Source: Vicugna vicugna
Taxonomy: Eukaryota
NCBI GenBank assembly: GCA_013265495.1
Contig: MU057640.1
Location: 939,303-1,003,302, forward strand
DNA: 64,000 nt
Direction of reading: 5' to 3'
Shown here: piece by piece, positions 23,751 through 37,110 of the stretch
Layout: each line of letters starts with the position of its first letter
Position numbering within the stretch: the first letter of the stretch is position 1
Translations under genes and position numbers: made by a program
The notes under the pieces: model-generated
Database searches by the model: none
What the model saw: the letters and a program-made list of their open reading frames with translations, nothing else
Told to the model about the DNA's origin: nothing

Positions 23751-26700
23751 TTTTATGATGTATATTTACTGCAATTTCTTTCCCAATTAATTCATACTCC
23801 CCGCTAGTTAACCACGTCTTACCTTTCATTTGTGGTATTGCCATTTTGTGGTAAAAAAGACTGATGGAAATGAATGTGTTATTGAGACGACTTGGGTAGA
23901 ATTATTATGGTTATCAAGAGTTTTCTATGAGGGCATTTTCATAGAATTGGACTTTGCTCAAAATAAAGCATGTCCTTTACAGAAACACATAGATAGGAAT
24001 ATCCATGTAAATACAGTTAACAGAATTGTACATCTGTGCAAATGGTACTTGGTACCAGTAGGTAAAAAGTGTGTTATCTTCCTGTGCTAAGGACCGTAAC
24101 AAACTTAGCCAAGTGACAGAAAAGCGAATTTGGCTTTTTTGCATCTACTCCACCCAAGGCTAACTATACAAAGAAATATAACAAGTCTTTGTCTCCTGCC
24201 TCTTGGCTCAAACAAAGAATTTCTAGGCAGGAATGCCTGTAATAGGCATAGAAACGGTCGCCCTTTATTTGTAGCTATTACACAGTCAGTATAACACATA
24301 TTCAGAGGAAGGCATAAATCGTCTAATTTCAATAACTAGCAATAATTATACCATTTTATTGATTTCCCTTGAATGGTTTGTAAGTTGGCTTTGTTTTGTG
24401 TGCGTGTAAACTACTTTTGCTATATGAACAGGTAATCACTAAATGCCAGTATTTTTATTGCTTAATTAACTATCTTAAAGAAGTGTTCGTAAGCCTTAGA
24501 GACTCTTTGTAAACTGTGTCATTCATTTATTCAACAAATATTTGTGACAAGCCCTGCATAAGATTAAGAAGATGAATGTGGCCCAGTTCCTGCCCACAAG
24601 AGGCTCCTTGAAGGAGAAAACATCTAACTAGTGTCTCAAAGGGCAAGTAAGATCGGGCTATGCAGAGATAAGGCACAGGGACGACAAATTTGCTTTTAAT
24701 TGAAAACTCCTATCCAAGGCGAATTTCTAACTCTAATAATACAGAAATTACAGAAGGTGCAAACTGGTAGGAAATACTTTAAATGTACAGACGGCTAATA
24801 AACAATCCCTTAAAAATGGCATATTATTGGGTTTTTGTCCATCGATCACCTAGAACACTGACCCAGAGTTGGGCCAACACAAGCAAATACATCCTCTAAG
24901 GCAAGAGCCTTCTTCCTCAATGCTTATCAGACCCCCGATCCCTGGGGCACACACAGGCACAGAGAGGCAGCTCAGAGTCACAGAAGGAAAAGAATTCTAC
25001 ACGTCTACTTTGAGACATAAGCACATCTGCTGTGATATTTCCTGTTTTTTTCTTTCGTTTTAAACTTCTCTGCCATCTCTTTCCCCACCTGCTGCATGCC
25101 CCCCTCCCTGTTCCCGGGTTTAGTGTATTATTTATGTCCTTTAAACCACACTGTCCCCCCTCCCCTGTCCTATTGTAAACTGATGTACTATTTATGGACC
25201 AAATTGGAACTGTGTTGTCCTGTCTTGGGGTTGAAGATTAATAATTGTTCTTAGCGAATGAATGATAAAACCGCTGCAGAACCAGACAGATATAAAAATG
25301 TACCTGCAATTATGCCTATATTATTATGATAATTTATAGGCCTACAATACAAAAAATGGGCCAGACCCAGAGTCCATTAATCATATAAATTATACAAGAG
25401 GCTGCACTGGGTCTTGGATCTACATGCAGGAAAGATGTAAGTCTGCGAATATAAAAGATAGAAGCGTGGACTGCAGGGACAGATGCAATTCAGCCAGGTT
25501 CAAGTATTACAATGTAATTACCTAAGCCAGGCTTTCTCCATCCCCTGCAGAAAGCAAGTACTGCCACTGAATACTTGATATCTTGCAGTACGTAGTCCAA
25601 ACTAATTTTAAAGTGGCAGAAAATAAGTCTATCCTATCAGATTCAACAGGAGAAGTTTTCTGCACTGTAATTAATAGCCTAGCTAAAGGCCAGGAAGAAT
25701 GTATTTCCAAAATCATAGCCACAGAAGCAACTACCCTTGATCTGCACGGTCTCCATCAAATGCTATGGGGAATTTACCACGAGGTTGGAAAAGGTGCTAG
25801 CTAGGGGTGGCCCATGGGACGTGGGCTGGCACTCCAACATTCTTTCTTTCACTCACATGTATCCTGAATAAGACACAGTATGAAAAACACGTCAACCACA
25901 ACACCAGATGTTTTTCCAAAATGCTTCAAAATACATTTTGTAAAGTTCTGCGAAATCTTGCTCATTCTGTCCTTTAACCAAAAACAGTCATTGGCAGATC
26001 TCCCCAGGATGGATTTTCCCTCTGAGACACTAGAAAATTGTTGCAGACCTTATCTACAATAGTGTGTATGCCTCCCTATTTTATGCCTCGCTTCTTGAAA
26101 ACATCATCCACATTTTAATTTGCTATCATCTGGACCAAGTTTCCACTTGACTTTGGATGCGGATGTAGGTTTCTGTCGGCAGTTTCCCAGAACACCCCAC
26201 CCACCGTCTCTCAGGGAATTAAAAAGCCACAGTCCGCTGGCTTGTACTCTCAGCACCAACCTAGCAGTTTCAAATTTGTGGGGTTTATGGAGTTAACAGA
26301 ACAGATAAGCTGTATTCTTTCTAAAGGAAAAAAATAAATTAGGAAAAAAACTCAAACCTGGTATCATTATGTAAAGAACAATTTTCATTTCAGAATTATT
26401 GTGAAAAAATCCAAACTGAACCATAATGGAAAACAAGGAGCAGAAAGCAACAAATCTCAGTCACTTTCCTTTCCTTGTTTCGTAGTAAGTAAATTGGTCA
26501 CTTAGGAATCTGTGAGGATGCACTCACTCATCACTGACAATCATGCTCATTGTCACCACCGTGCATTTGTATAATAAAGACAAACCCTGGTCATTCAAAT
26601 TAACTGTAATGGGAGCTGCTCTTACACCCTTTATTAGACACATAAAAGGCACTCAAATGCTGGTTAGAAAAGAAAAAAAAAGAACCTTGTATTGTTAGGA

Positions 26701-28181
26701 GGACTGTCAAAGAAATAGCTTGCTAGGTTTTAAGGTTAGAGGGAACCTGATAAATTTGTTATATCATTCAGATATTTTCAAAAAAATTCCCAGTCTGGTT
26801 GAAGAGGTCTTCCCTCCTCACACCACAGATGGGTTTAACGCTGGAGGACATTATGCTGAAGGAATCAGCTTAGTCCTGCTAAGCCACATTCTATGGTAAA
26901 CCAAGATTTCCCAAATCCCTACACCTAGAGGCTCAAATCCCAGCAGTGTCAAGTCAGCTTTTTATTCTTCAAAGGCAAACACATTTAAGTAGCAAGCAAT
27001 TTGCTCTCCTGCAGAGCTCTGAATGATGGCAAAAATGAGTGTCCTGTCAGCACCTTATGGTCAGGAAGGATGTGGCTTTGAACACTGTCTGCAAGGCAGT
27101 TTCAAGGGCCTGGACCAAAACACCAGGCAACCGAGCCTCGCTCACCCCGGTGGCCTAAGAACCACCCAGCATCTGCACTCACCTAGTCATGAAGGTCAAG
27201 GATGGGAAGTCCCATTTTCCCACACTAACCCAAAAGTCCCAACAACAGCTTCCCAAGATGTGAATTATTATTAAATGGGGACAAATAAAGCAGAGTGTTT
27301 TTAATTAAATCAACACAGTAGAGACCCTGAAGGGAGACACTACAATGTCCAGTTTCCATCCTCTGACCGGACTTCCCAGAATTAAGAGAGTACCTAAGAC
27401 GCATAGAGGCAGAGAATTATGAGACAGGAGATTTCTTACCTTCCAACTATCCTGGTTATTCAAGATACATGGGAGAATTTTCAATGTTTAAAATCGATAA
27501 TGAGACTAAATATGCCTCAGGAGAAGAGGCTTTGGAGCACTTCTGAGACAGAGTCTCCCATGACAGCCTGGGTCGATAATGACCTGAGACCAAGATTTTC
27601 CGAAGAGGCGTAAGAAAGGCCATGTATCACAAGGGCAAAGATCAAAGTTGCCATCATCCGTCTTTCATAAAGTTTGGAGCGAGCCACTCAAGCACCATCT
27701 CCATCCAGTCAATTAACACGAACATTGATTGAACACCTCTTACATTCAATGCCAACAGCAGCTGCTCTGTGGAGAAGTGCCTTTGTCTCACCCAGCTCAG
27801 GATTACTGGGGCTACGATTTCATTTCCTGGGGAACACATCTGCTACCTGAGTGCTGACACCTAACGTGGCGGCTCACAAGTGAGCAGAAGTGTGATGCAC
27901 CGAAGTTTCAACAGATCGCCACAGCCCTGGGCGGTTTCAGTCAGCACGCAAATAATGGAGAAGAAATGAACTTGGCTTATGATTCTTCCACCAGTAAAAG
28001 GTCAGACCTTCTTAATTTCCCATTCATTCCCCACCTCTAATTCTGAAAACCCAAATAATTCTCAGTAGAGATGATCTGCAGGAGAGCCAGCACAGAGAGC
28101 ACAGACCCAACAGAAAACACGGGGCCGAAGTCATGTTCTTCTGACAGCAATGCTGGGTTGCTGGCAGCCATGCTCATAGAC

Positions 28182-28369
28182 CCGTGCTTCAGAAACTTTA
28201 ATGCACCTTAGAATCATCTGGTGGGTCTGTTAAAACACTGACTGCTGGCCCCACCCCCAGAATGTTCGAGTCAGTAAGTCTGAGGTGGGGCCTGAGTATC
28301 TGCAGGTCTAACAAGTTCCCAGCTGATCCCTATCTCACTGGTTCAGGGACCAAACTTTGGAAATCACTG
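28182..28369. mobile_element. MER5A hAT-Charlie DNA transposon
   Basis: 'agaatcatctgg...tgctggccccacccccaga...tcagtaagtctgaggtggggcctgag...ctaacaagttccca...gggaccaaactttggaaatcactg'. Confidence 0.9.
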
Positions 28370-29070
28370 TTACACAAGAGGCCTCAAATTCACAAATAGC
28401 CTAAAAGTACAGCTCCTTCAAATCCGGTGTAAAGAGCACAGTGGCAGGGAGAGGGGAGAGGTGTGAAGATCGAGGTCATGCAAAATCACTACTGCCACAT
28501 ATCAGTGCAAATACTTGGCTGAGTATCCCCGGCTTCCTTGGTGACATGCTGTGTGTGCAGCAGGGCCCAGAGAAGGCTTGCTCTCCTGTGCCTGCTCTGG
28601 GGCTGTGTTACTGCTAACCGCCAGTGCTGCTGTCTCTACCAGTTGGGAATATCTGCTAATTCATTCAACACTGGACCCACCGTGTGCCAGGCACTATAAT
28701 AAACCAAGCAGCGCTTGCCAGCCCAGCATGGCTAGGCAGAAATTGTTGAAACATGAAACCTACTCTGATAGGTCTCCTGAACCACACCAGCTGGATTTGA
28801 GGGGTTCCAGCACGCCCACCACACCTGGGGCTGGCACTCACGCAGATTAAGCATACATTTTCACCCTAGAAAAGGAGCAAAGGAGATAAACTTGCAGAAC
28901 AGGGAAAAAGATGTTTGCCTGCAATTTTTGGAACAATCTGTTCATGTGTCTTTTTTCATTTCTCAAAGCAGTATCCTATTTTTTCAAGAAAAGAGTCTTG
29001 GGCCAAATTTCTGTTTTATAATTTTCTGAGTATTTATTTATTTATTTATTTCTATTAGATCCCAATTGAG

Positions 29071-29554
29071 TTTTTAAAAATTGAAGTATTGTTGATATAC
29101 AATGTTGTGTTAACTTCTGGTGTACAGCATAGTGGTTTATTTATACATGTGTGTATGTATATACTATATATATATATATATTCCATTTTATATTCTTTTT
29201 CATTATAGGCCATTACAAGGTATTAAATGTAGTTCCCTGTGCTATATAGTGGGACCTTGTTGTTCATCTATTTTTATATAGTCATTAGTATCTACAAATC
29301 CCAAACTCCCAATTTATCATCCCCACTCCTTTTCCCCCGGTAACCATAAGCTTGTTTTCTATGTCTGTGAGTCTGTCTCTGTTTTGCAAGTAAGCTCATT
29401 TGTGTCTTTTTTTAAAAAAAAGATTCCACATATAAGTGATATCACACGGAATTTTTTTTCTCTTTCTGGTTTACTTAGAATGACGATCTCCAGGTCCATC
29501 CACGTTGCTGTGAAAGGCTTTATTTTGTTCTTTTTTATGGCTGAGTAGTATTCT

Positions 29555-29593
<39 letters not shown>

Positions 29594-29607
29594 ACACACC
29601 ACAATCT
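29071..29607 (-). mobile_element. L1 3' end (cetartiodactyl type) containing (TG)n at 29559-29590
   Basis: 'attgaagtattgttgatatacaatgttgtg...gttccctgtgctata...agattccacatataagtgat...tttatggctgagtagtattc'; ORF 29359-29673 contains the L1 ORF2 C-terminal relic EYYSAIKKN..ATWMDLE. Confidence 0.93.
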
Positions 29608-31499
29608 GATTATTTTTATGACTGAGCTCCTCTCAGCTTTCACCAGATCACACCTATGTGCTGGATTCCACATGACAAAATGTGGTACATGAATGTTTAG
29701 AGACTCTATGTACTGATATTAACCAACACAAGGGAGGGACTTTCCCCACGATCAGATTCTATCAGTTCTCTTAATCTGTGAGAGCACTGCCACAAGTGCT
29801 CTTTTAAGATCAAAATGTTGAATTATTTATATAAATTATACAGACTTTTTCCCTTAAAAATATTCTGTGGTATCTCCTGAGATGTTCATCATCATTATCC
29901 TGTCTGGTTGCATATTCCTGCAATTCGGGTGATTTGTCAACCACCTAATACATCAGCACCTCTCAGCCTTGAGTAGGACTCTCAGCAAAACTGTTTTCCA
30001 CTTTCTCTTTATTCAATATGAAGGGTTTGTTTTTACCAGATATAAAGCTAAGAACCAAGAGTAGAAAGATGGACTGATACAGCCTTTATGTTATCACAAA
30101 TAATAATTTGTTATAAATAGCTAAACTTCAACAAACAATAAACACACGTTGTAAAGATATTTGAATGCAGCTCTTGGGAGAGAGAACAAACTAGAGCTCA
30201 GTGAGGCCTAGAACTTCTCAGGTAGGAGGGGTCAGGAGCACCCATCCCCAGGACCAGGGTAGATGGAGGAGAAGGGCGGTTCCCTGCTGCAGGAGGTAGA
30301 GCTGTTGGGGTGGAGGAAGCATCCTGAGGTATCACAAGTGTGGGCTCCACCTAGCAGGCTGGGAATTAGCAACCCCTAAGACCCCACCTTATTTCTCCAG
30401 AGCCCCCTCCCGCCTTGGCAGGAGGGTCATTTCCCAGCTCCTAATTGGCATCGGAAAGGCTGGGGCTGATTTGTTTTCCCCAGTTCCTGAGCTGAAAGGT
30501 GAGGGCAGAGCATTAGGATACAGGAGTGCCCTCTGGGGGATGCTGATTTTTTTTGCGCTGTATCTAGGAGTGGGCAGGGGCAGGGTATCAGAGATCGTTC
30601 AGTGTGTAAGGTGCAGGCTGCAGTGGCTGTAACTGGAAATACTTTGTGAGTGGATGAATGAATGAATGAAAGAAGACAGTCTATCTCCCCATATCCATCC
30701 TGAGATGTGTTTTCCAGTGAGTGTGACAGAACAGCCAGCGGACCAGCCAGGAGCAGTGGCTGAGCCAGTGAGAGATGGGGGAGCAGTGGCCTAGCAGCTG
30801 GGAGGGACGGCTGTCAGGGTACAGTGCTCCCTGATGGGATACAGAAAGTGGGAGAAAAGGAGAGACACTCAGCACTTCCCGTGCAGGACCAGCGATGCAG
30901 AGCTGGCCTGGTCTGACGAGGTGACCCCTAAGGACACATTTTCAGATTCTTTTAATATCCAGGGAAGGGCGTTAAGAAAACAGAAGGAAACAACTGTGGG
31001 CTTTTGTTAGTAATACTCATGTGATTTCTTCTTACACTAGAATTGATCATTGACAATTAACCTACTATCATACAACTATGAGCTGATAAGAGCTCAAAGG
31101 TCACTTAGGAACAGCTTTTTCAATTATAAATGAGAAGACAGGATCTGGGAGGTACTGTGATGTGCCCAAGGTCAACTATTTTGTGTTGCGCTAGTGGACC
31201 AAACTGGAAAGCAGATTAAAAATCTTCTAGTTTCTTAGATACGCCCCTCTGCCATTTGATTCAGCTTTCCCTTAATCTAGACATAGTAAAAGGTGACTCT
31301 TAAGGAGACTCCCTCATTCTCTGCCAGGTGGGGCTTGCATCAGGCTTCCTCTGGGTGGGGGGGGGTCTTTCCAGCACCCACTCTTCTGCCCCTGCACAAG
31401 CCATCCACTTACCCTGCTCACAAGAGCCTTTTCACCTCCCTGCTTTCAGATGCCCTGTTTGTGCCCTTTGTCCTGGAAAGAACAAAACAAACCAGATGT

Positions 31500-32105
31500 A
31501 AAGCTACACCTAGGTCTACCTTACAAGGCGTAATCCCAATCTCACGCATACAGCTAAGAGAAATGGGAGTTTTGTTCACCGAAAGACATGCACAGGGATG
31601 TTCACAGCAGTTTCACTCAAAAGCACCAAAAATTGGAAACAATTCAAATTTCCATCAATAGGGGAATAAATAAGCAAGTTGTGGTTTATTTACAAGAGGG
31701 GTTGTGGTTTATTTACAAGATGGACTGTGGTTTATTTACAAGATGGATTGTACACAGAATTGAAAAAAAAATACTGATACACACAGCAACATTGAAAAAT
31801 CTCATAAATGTTCTGTTGAGGGGAAGAAGCCAGACAGCAGAGTACATACCACATGAGTTCGTTTGGTGAAGCACACGAATAAGAACAGACAGAAGCAATC
31901 AGTGGTGACAGAGGTCAGAATGATGGTGACACTGGGGAGCTACTGACAGAAAAGGAGCGCAAGGTGCTCCATCTAGGGTGGTGGTATCGACACGCTACAT
32001 CCTGACTCAGGTGAAGGTTATATAGGTGTAGGGGGGGTGTGTGTGTGTGTGCGTGTGTGTGTAAAAGTTCACTGAGACAGATTAAGATTAGTGCACTTTA
32101 TATTT
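31500..32105 (+). mobile_element. Ancient L1 (L1MC/L1ME-like) 3' region
   Basis: 'aaagacatgcacagggatgttcacagcag...aaattggaaacaattcaaatttccatcaatagg...agaagccagaca...gaggtcagaatgatggt'. Confidence 0.8.
31680..31748 (+). repeat. 23-bp tandem triplication inside L1
   Basis: tgtggtttatttacaagaggggt / tgtggtttatttacaagatggac / tgtggtttatttacaagatggat. Confidence 0.95.
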
Positions 32106-32907
32106 TCAGCCTCTTCTACTTTAAAATGCTCTTTCTTGATAAATTTTCAGGCAGATTCAAATAGTTTATTAACTCATCACCGTTCACAGCCCTAAATTGG
32201 CTCTTTCCCAGCCTCCTCCCACCCCCGCCCGTCTTCCTAGCATCTGAATTCCCAGCAAGCTTCAGCCTTACTCTTGGCTCTTCCTTGGCTGTGAAGACAG
32301 AGAAGAGTCTGGTAGGTGGATAAAGGCATTTTAGTGGAAACAGGACACCGGATAGCTGGTTCACGGCCAAGTCCGCGAATGACCCTATATACCAATGGGG
32401 ATCCTCACCCCTTTGGTGGCATCTGTTTCCGTAGAAGGTATGAGAGCTCTGAAGGTATGAGAGCAGGTCTGCAGGCCCATAATCAGCAACCTCAGTTAAG
32501 GAACAGGACGCCCGTCACCCCTTCCTGCAGTCCACCAGCGTGCGGGGACGCACACCTGAGTCATCTCTCCCCCGAGGGTGGGAGGAGGGATGGTGCCTTG
32601 CATTCTTGAGGTCCTCAAATACAGTTCTCCAAAATGCATGTTTCCCCACCACCCAACCAAAGTGCTCGAAAATACTGGATTTATCTGGCTGTTACGGGAC
32701 AACACAGTCTACCTCATTCTAAGGTGTGAATTCAGAGAATCTGCACAGTGACTTGGGGCTCCACATAAGATGTGCCACTGGGAATTTATTGTCTTTGTTT
32801 TCAACTGAGAGCTCCCTCCATGGGATCCCATGTCCTTACAACTAGCCCTGAGATGAGGAGGTGGGGGAGCCCTGGCAGTAACCTAGGGAAGCAAAGATGG
32901 ACATTTC

Positions 32908-33461
32908 TTTTATTTAATTTTATTTTTTATTGATGTGTAGTTGATTTACAATGTTATTTTCAGGTGTATAGCAAAGCAACTCAATTACACATACGTATAT
33001 ATATTCAGATTCTTTCCATTATATGTTATTACAAGAAATTGAATATGGTTCCCTGTGCTATACACAGGTCCCTGTTGTTTATCTATCTTATATATAATAG
33101 TATGTATCTGTTAATCTCATACTCCTAACTTATCCTTCCCCTTTCCCCTTTGGTAACCACAGTATGCTTTCTATATCTGTGAGTCTATTTTTGTTTTGTA
33201 AATAAAAGTTGTATTCTTTTTTTTAGATACCACATATAAGTGGTATCATATGATATTTGTCTTTGTCTGACTTACTTCACTTAATATGATCATCTCTAGG
33301 TCCATTCATGTTGCTGCAAATGGCATTATTTCATTCTTTTTATGGCTGAGTAATATTCCGTTATATATATGTATATATGTGTGTGTTTACATACATACAC
33401 ACACACACACCCCCCACATTGTCTTTATTCATCTCTTGATGGGCATTTAGGTTATTTCAAG
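32908..33461 (-). mobile_element. L1 3' end (cetartiodactyl type)
   Basis: Poly-T head, 'tagttgatttacaatgtt...ttccctgtgctataca...ccacatataagtg...tccattcatgttgctgcaaatggcatt'; TSD gatgg(a/g)catttc at 32896-32907 and 33462-33473. Confidence 0.93.
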
Positions 33462-35591
33462 GATGGGCATTTCCTAGTGATACTTCACAGCGTCAAGACA
33501 CAGACACATTCAGCTAAACTCCATGGGCTGAGAGTTTGTTGATTACCAGATTAAGGAAGAGTGGGGACCAGCACTGCCCATCTTCTTAGGCCAATCTCCT
33601 TAATTCCTTATCATCCAGGGATCATCCCAGAAAGCATCTCCTTCACTTCAAGCATGCCCTCAGCATGACAATAGCAGCTCATTTGGCACATGCCAGCCAC
33701 CAGGCAACCCAGCAACACCTCAGCACAGCCCTCAGCCTCGAGGAATCTCTGACCCAGTCCCACTGATGGGAGCATGCATTTGACGTTTCTGCGGTGCCTT
33801 ATTTCATCCTAAACCAGTCTCCCAGGAGAGTTTCCAGTTTGCTAAGCCAATAACTAGTCTTCTCTGTTCCACACAAACTTGCTTGAAAGGAGTGTGTCTT
33901 ATTTCATCTTTGCATTTTCCATGGGGCCAGCTAAGCTCCATGCCTAGACCATAATACACACTCAATTAAATTGTGTTAAATGAATGCGTGCATGCAGACT
34001 GAATGAAACAAGGAATTATAAATAAGATACACCATACTCGACTTCTAATTTTTGAAAAGTTGATTAGCGGCATAGAAGCCATGAAACATAACTATATTAA
34101 ATGAAAGATCTAAAAATAATAGTGTGTTCAGACATACCCTGTCTTGCCTCCTTTTGCTTCCTCCTTTTTGTGCTGGAATATTTAACCAGAATACAAGAGC
34201 TCCAGGTGCATGGTAGGAAAACAGCAAACAGAACAAGAGAGTTGTCCAGGGTTTAGCGAGGATGGAGATGAGGATTTTCGGGGGAGGAAGATGCCTTCAA
34301 AGCAGAAAAGTTGTCAGGAAACCATTTAATAATTGCAGTAGCAAAAAAAGTTCTGCTTCGTGGGTGACCAGTCCATGGCACACAGTACGGTCCCTCCACT
34401 GTGTCTGGAACAGCTCCAGGCAGGGTTGGGCAAACCCTTACTGCATTCCCCAGAGAGAGGACCACCTGGGAGCCCTCCTGCCTCCATCCTTCTGTGCAGC
34501 AATGGAACATCCTGTATCCCTTTCCATTTCCTATCCAGTGACACGATAGGTTCCATTTTGCACAAGGGCCTCTGTGAAGGCTGACAACAAAACTGCCATC
34601 TCCTGAAGTCACTGTGACCCTCCGGCTCACAGCCATGCCACCAGGTGGTTAATGGGCTTAATGGGTCAACGTCATCTGAAGCTACATCCAGGCAACATCA
34701 CTCCCCATCTTCAGGTAGTTGGGAGGCTCCTGGCCTGCAGGAGGGGTGAGGACCAGGACAAAAGCCTTAGCAAACAGTCCCTACACTCTGACCAGGTCCT
34801 ATTCAGGCTTGGCTAGATATTGAGATGCAGAGAGGCATTTCCCCAAGAGTTGGATTATATGGAATATTCTGAGGAGGAGCCCTGGGGACCGAGGCACGTG
34901 TCCAAGGAGAAGCCACCATTCTGGACATCCCTCCTACACACTCGAGGCAGGGAAGGAGCTGGACCGTGGACCCCATTGCACAGCATCAGAGGCTGGGGCC
35001 CTAGAAATCTAAAAGGGTATTTTTTCCTTACAGGTGGCCTGAGAATCTTCTCAAACCCCTTGGTGGATGGGGAATTCTAGCAGCCGAGGGCATAGAAGGA
35101 GACGTGTGAAGTGCTGTTGAAAAAGAGGTTAAGTTCTTCCTTTTCTTTTGGAGGCATAACAAAGACACTTCTGTTTAACTATCATATTGAGGGGAGGAGG
35201 CAGGAGGTTGCCCAGAGGTTTGGATCTCAAGAATCTCGGGCTCATGGAGTATTTTTAAATAAAATTCCTGCGAGGCCCGAAGCCCATTTGGCCAGCTCCT
35301 GTTGAAATATCCATCACCCATTCAAGGCATGAGGTGAATGGAGAAAAATGGAAAAATGTGCCGTGTCAGGACGGCTTTCTCCCTAAACACATATTGTATC
35401 TGCCAGGCTCCTTGGCAAGTCTAAGCATGAAGGCGGCATCCTGGTGCCAATAACACCGGGGCTCGGTGGAAAACAATTCTGACACCGAGGTGGGCTATGG
35501 TGTACGTTTTCCTGGGCCAGAAAAGAGGATCCCAGGGGAAAGGAGTCTGCCTTTCTATGCTCACTCCTGGACCCCTGAGCACAGCCCTATA

Positions 35592-35799
35592 GCAAAGTTT
35601 CTCCACTTCGGCACGACTGACATTCTGAGCTGGAAAATTCTTTGTTGTGGGGGGCTGTCCTGTACATTGTAGAATGTTAGCCGTATGCCTGGTCCTTAGC
35701 TACGAGGCACCAGTAGCAACCCTTCCCCTCCAGTTGTGGCAATAGATACTGCCAGAAGTCCCTTAGGAGGCCAGGGTCAACCCTGGTTGAGAACTACTG
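35592..35799 (+). mobile_element. MER20 hAT-Charlie DNA transposon
   Basis: 'tttctccacttcggcacgactgacatt...attctttgttgtggggggctgtcctgtacattgtagaatgttag...ctggttgagaactactg'. Confidence 0.9.
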
Positions 35800-36234
35800 C
35801 TTGAGAGCAAGAAAAGCCTCCGATAAGGTGAGGGGGGAAGAGATGGGATGCAGCCCTCTGTCGAAATGTCACTGGAGCGCAGCCTCCTTTCTCTCTCTGC
35901 AGAGGCACTCACCACCACCTGCCCCATGATGTATTTGTTTTTCTCTCTGGTTCCGCCCACTAGATGGTTGAGTCCTCCAGTGCAGTGACTCTTTGAGTCC
36001 CTGCTGTAATGCTGGTGCCTGGCACGCAGCGGGCATTCAATAAATACCCACCGAGCAGGCGAAAGGGATTCTAGGACACAGCACGAGATCTGATGCCAAA
36101 CTGCTCACTTTTCATGTACTTAAAAAGCTAATGTTTTAAAGTCACAGCGGGTGGTGGTGGCAAAATATCGGAAGGGCGTCAGCAGGGCACCACCTGAGTT
36201 ACACCCATCAATGCTGGGGAGTTCTCTCAGTGCC

Positions 36235-36510
36235 ATGGTTTCCAAACTGTAGGCTGTATCCCCCTAGTAGGTAATGAAGTCAGCTTTGTGGGTCACAAAC
36301 AGCATTCTTCTCAGTGGAAGAGAATGGAACAGCATGCAACAGAATGCAATACACCAAGGTATATCACATATACTGTTTCATAAACATTTGCATATATGTC
36401 TGTGTGTATACAATATATAACACATAATATAGAATATTATATAGACAGTTTATGCATATAAGTGTGTGAGTTCTCAGTGGTACAAAAATAAACTTTAAAA
36501 ACCACAAGCT
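36235..36510. mobile_element. hAT-Charlie-type remnant
   Basis: 'tggtttccaaactgtagg...ctagtaggtaatgaagtcagctttgtgggtcac'; subfamily uncertain. Confidence 0.45.
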
Positions 36511-36919
36511 AATTTTTATAGTTCCCCAAACGGTAACTAAATACCACTCATTAAGCCTCAAGGGTGTTGTAAGGATAAGATAACGTTTGTAAAATGCATT
36601 GGCTTCCTCCCCTAGAAGCTTATACAGAAAAGCTATGACATCATTTCCAAAGGACTGCTGAGTGAGGTTCTACGGAAATCTAAAAGAGTTCAAACACATC
36701 CTAAATCATCACAGTTCTTGATTTTTGCAAACTAGCACAGCCCATTAGGAAGGGAATGAAAGTGATTTCCTTGGAAGTCCCACCCTGCCAATGAGTCATT
36801 TTCATATCCCTGAGCAGTCTGAATCTTTGTGAAACTTCCACATCTAAGTGAGTTAGCCAGACCCAGAATCACAAAACGCAAAGCCTTAGAGAATGACCGC
36901 AAGGCGTAGGCAAGCTCAT

Positions 36920-37110
36920 CGACATGATCGAGGATCCGGCTTCTGGAGCCAGATGACCTGAGTTAGAGTCCTGAGAGACACTGGGCAGGTTACTTAACTT
37001 CTCTGTGCCTCAGTTTCCTCCTTTGCAAAATGGTATAATGATAGTCCCCATCTCATAAGCTTGTTGTAAGGATTAAATGAGAAATGCACATATAGCACTT
37101 GTTAATAATT
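36920..37110 (+). mobile_element. MIR SINE
   Basis: Core 'gggcaggttacttaacttctctgtgcctcagtttcctcctttgcaaaatgg...gttgtaaggattaaatgag'. Confidence 0.9.

Noticed and set aside
31680..31748. CRISPR-like repeats
   Set aside because: Head-to-tail units without unique spacers, inside a mammalian L1
32819..32832. Perfect 14-bp palindrome CATGGGATCCCATG
   Set aside because: Several palindromes of this length are expected by chance in 64 kb
34138..34176. Other small minus-strand exon-like units (here and near 25521-25545, 42481-42541, 47837-47864)
   Set aside because: Weaker splice sites and no recognisable peptide; such matches are frequent by chance
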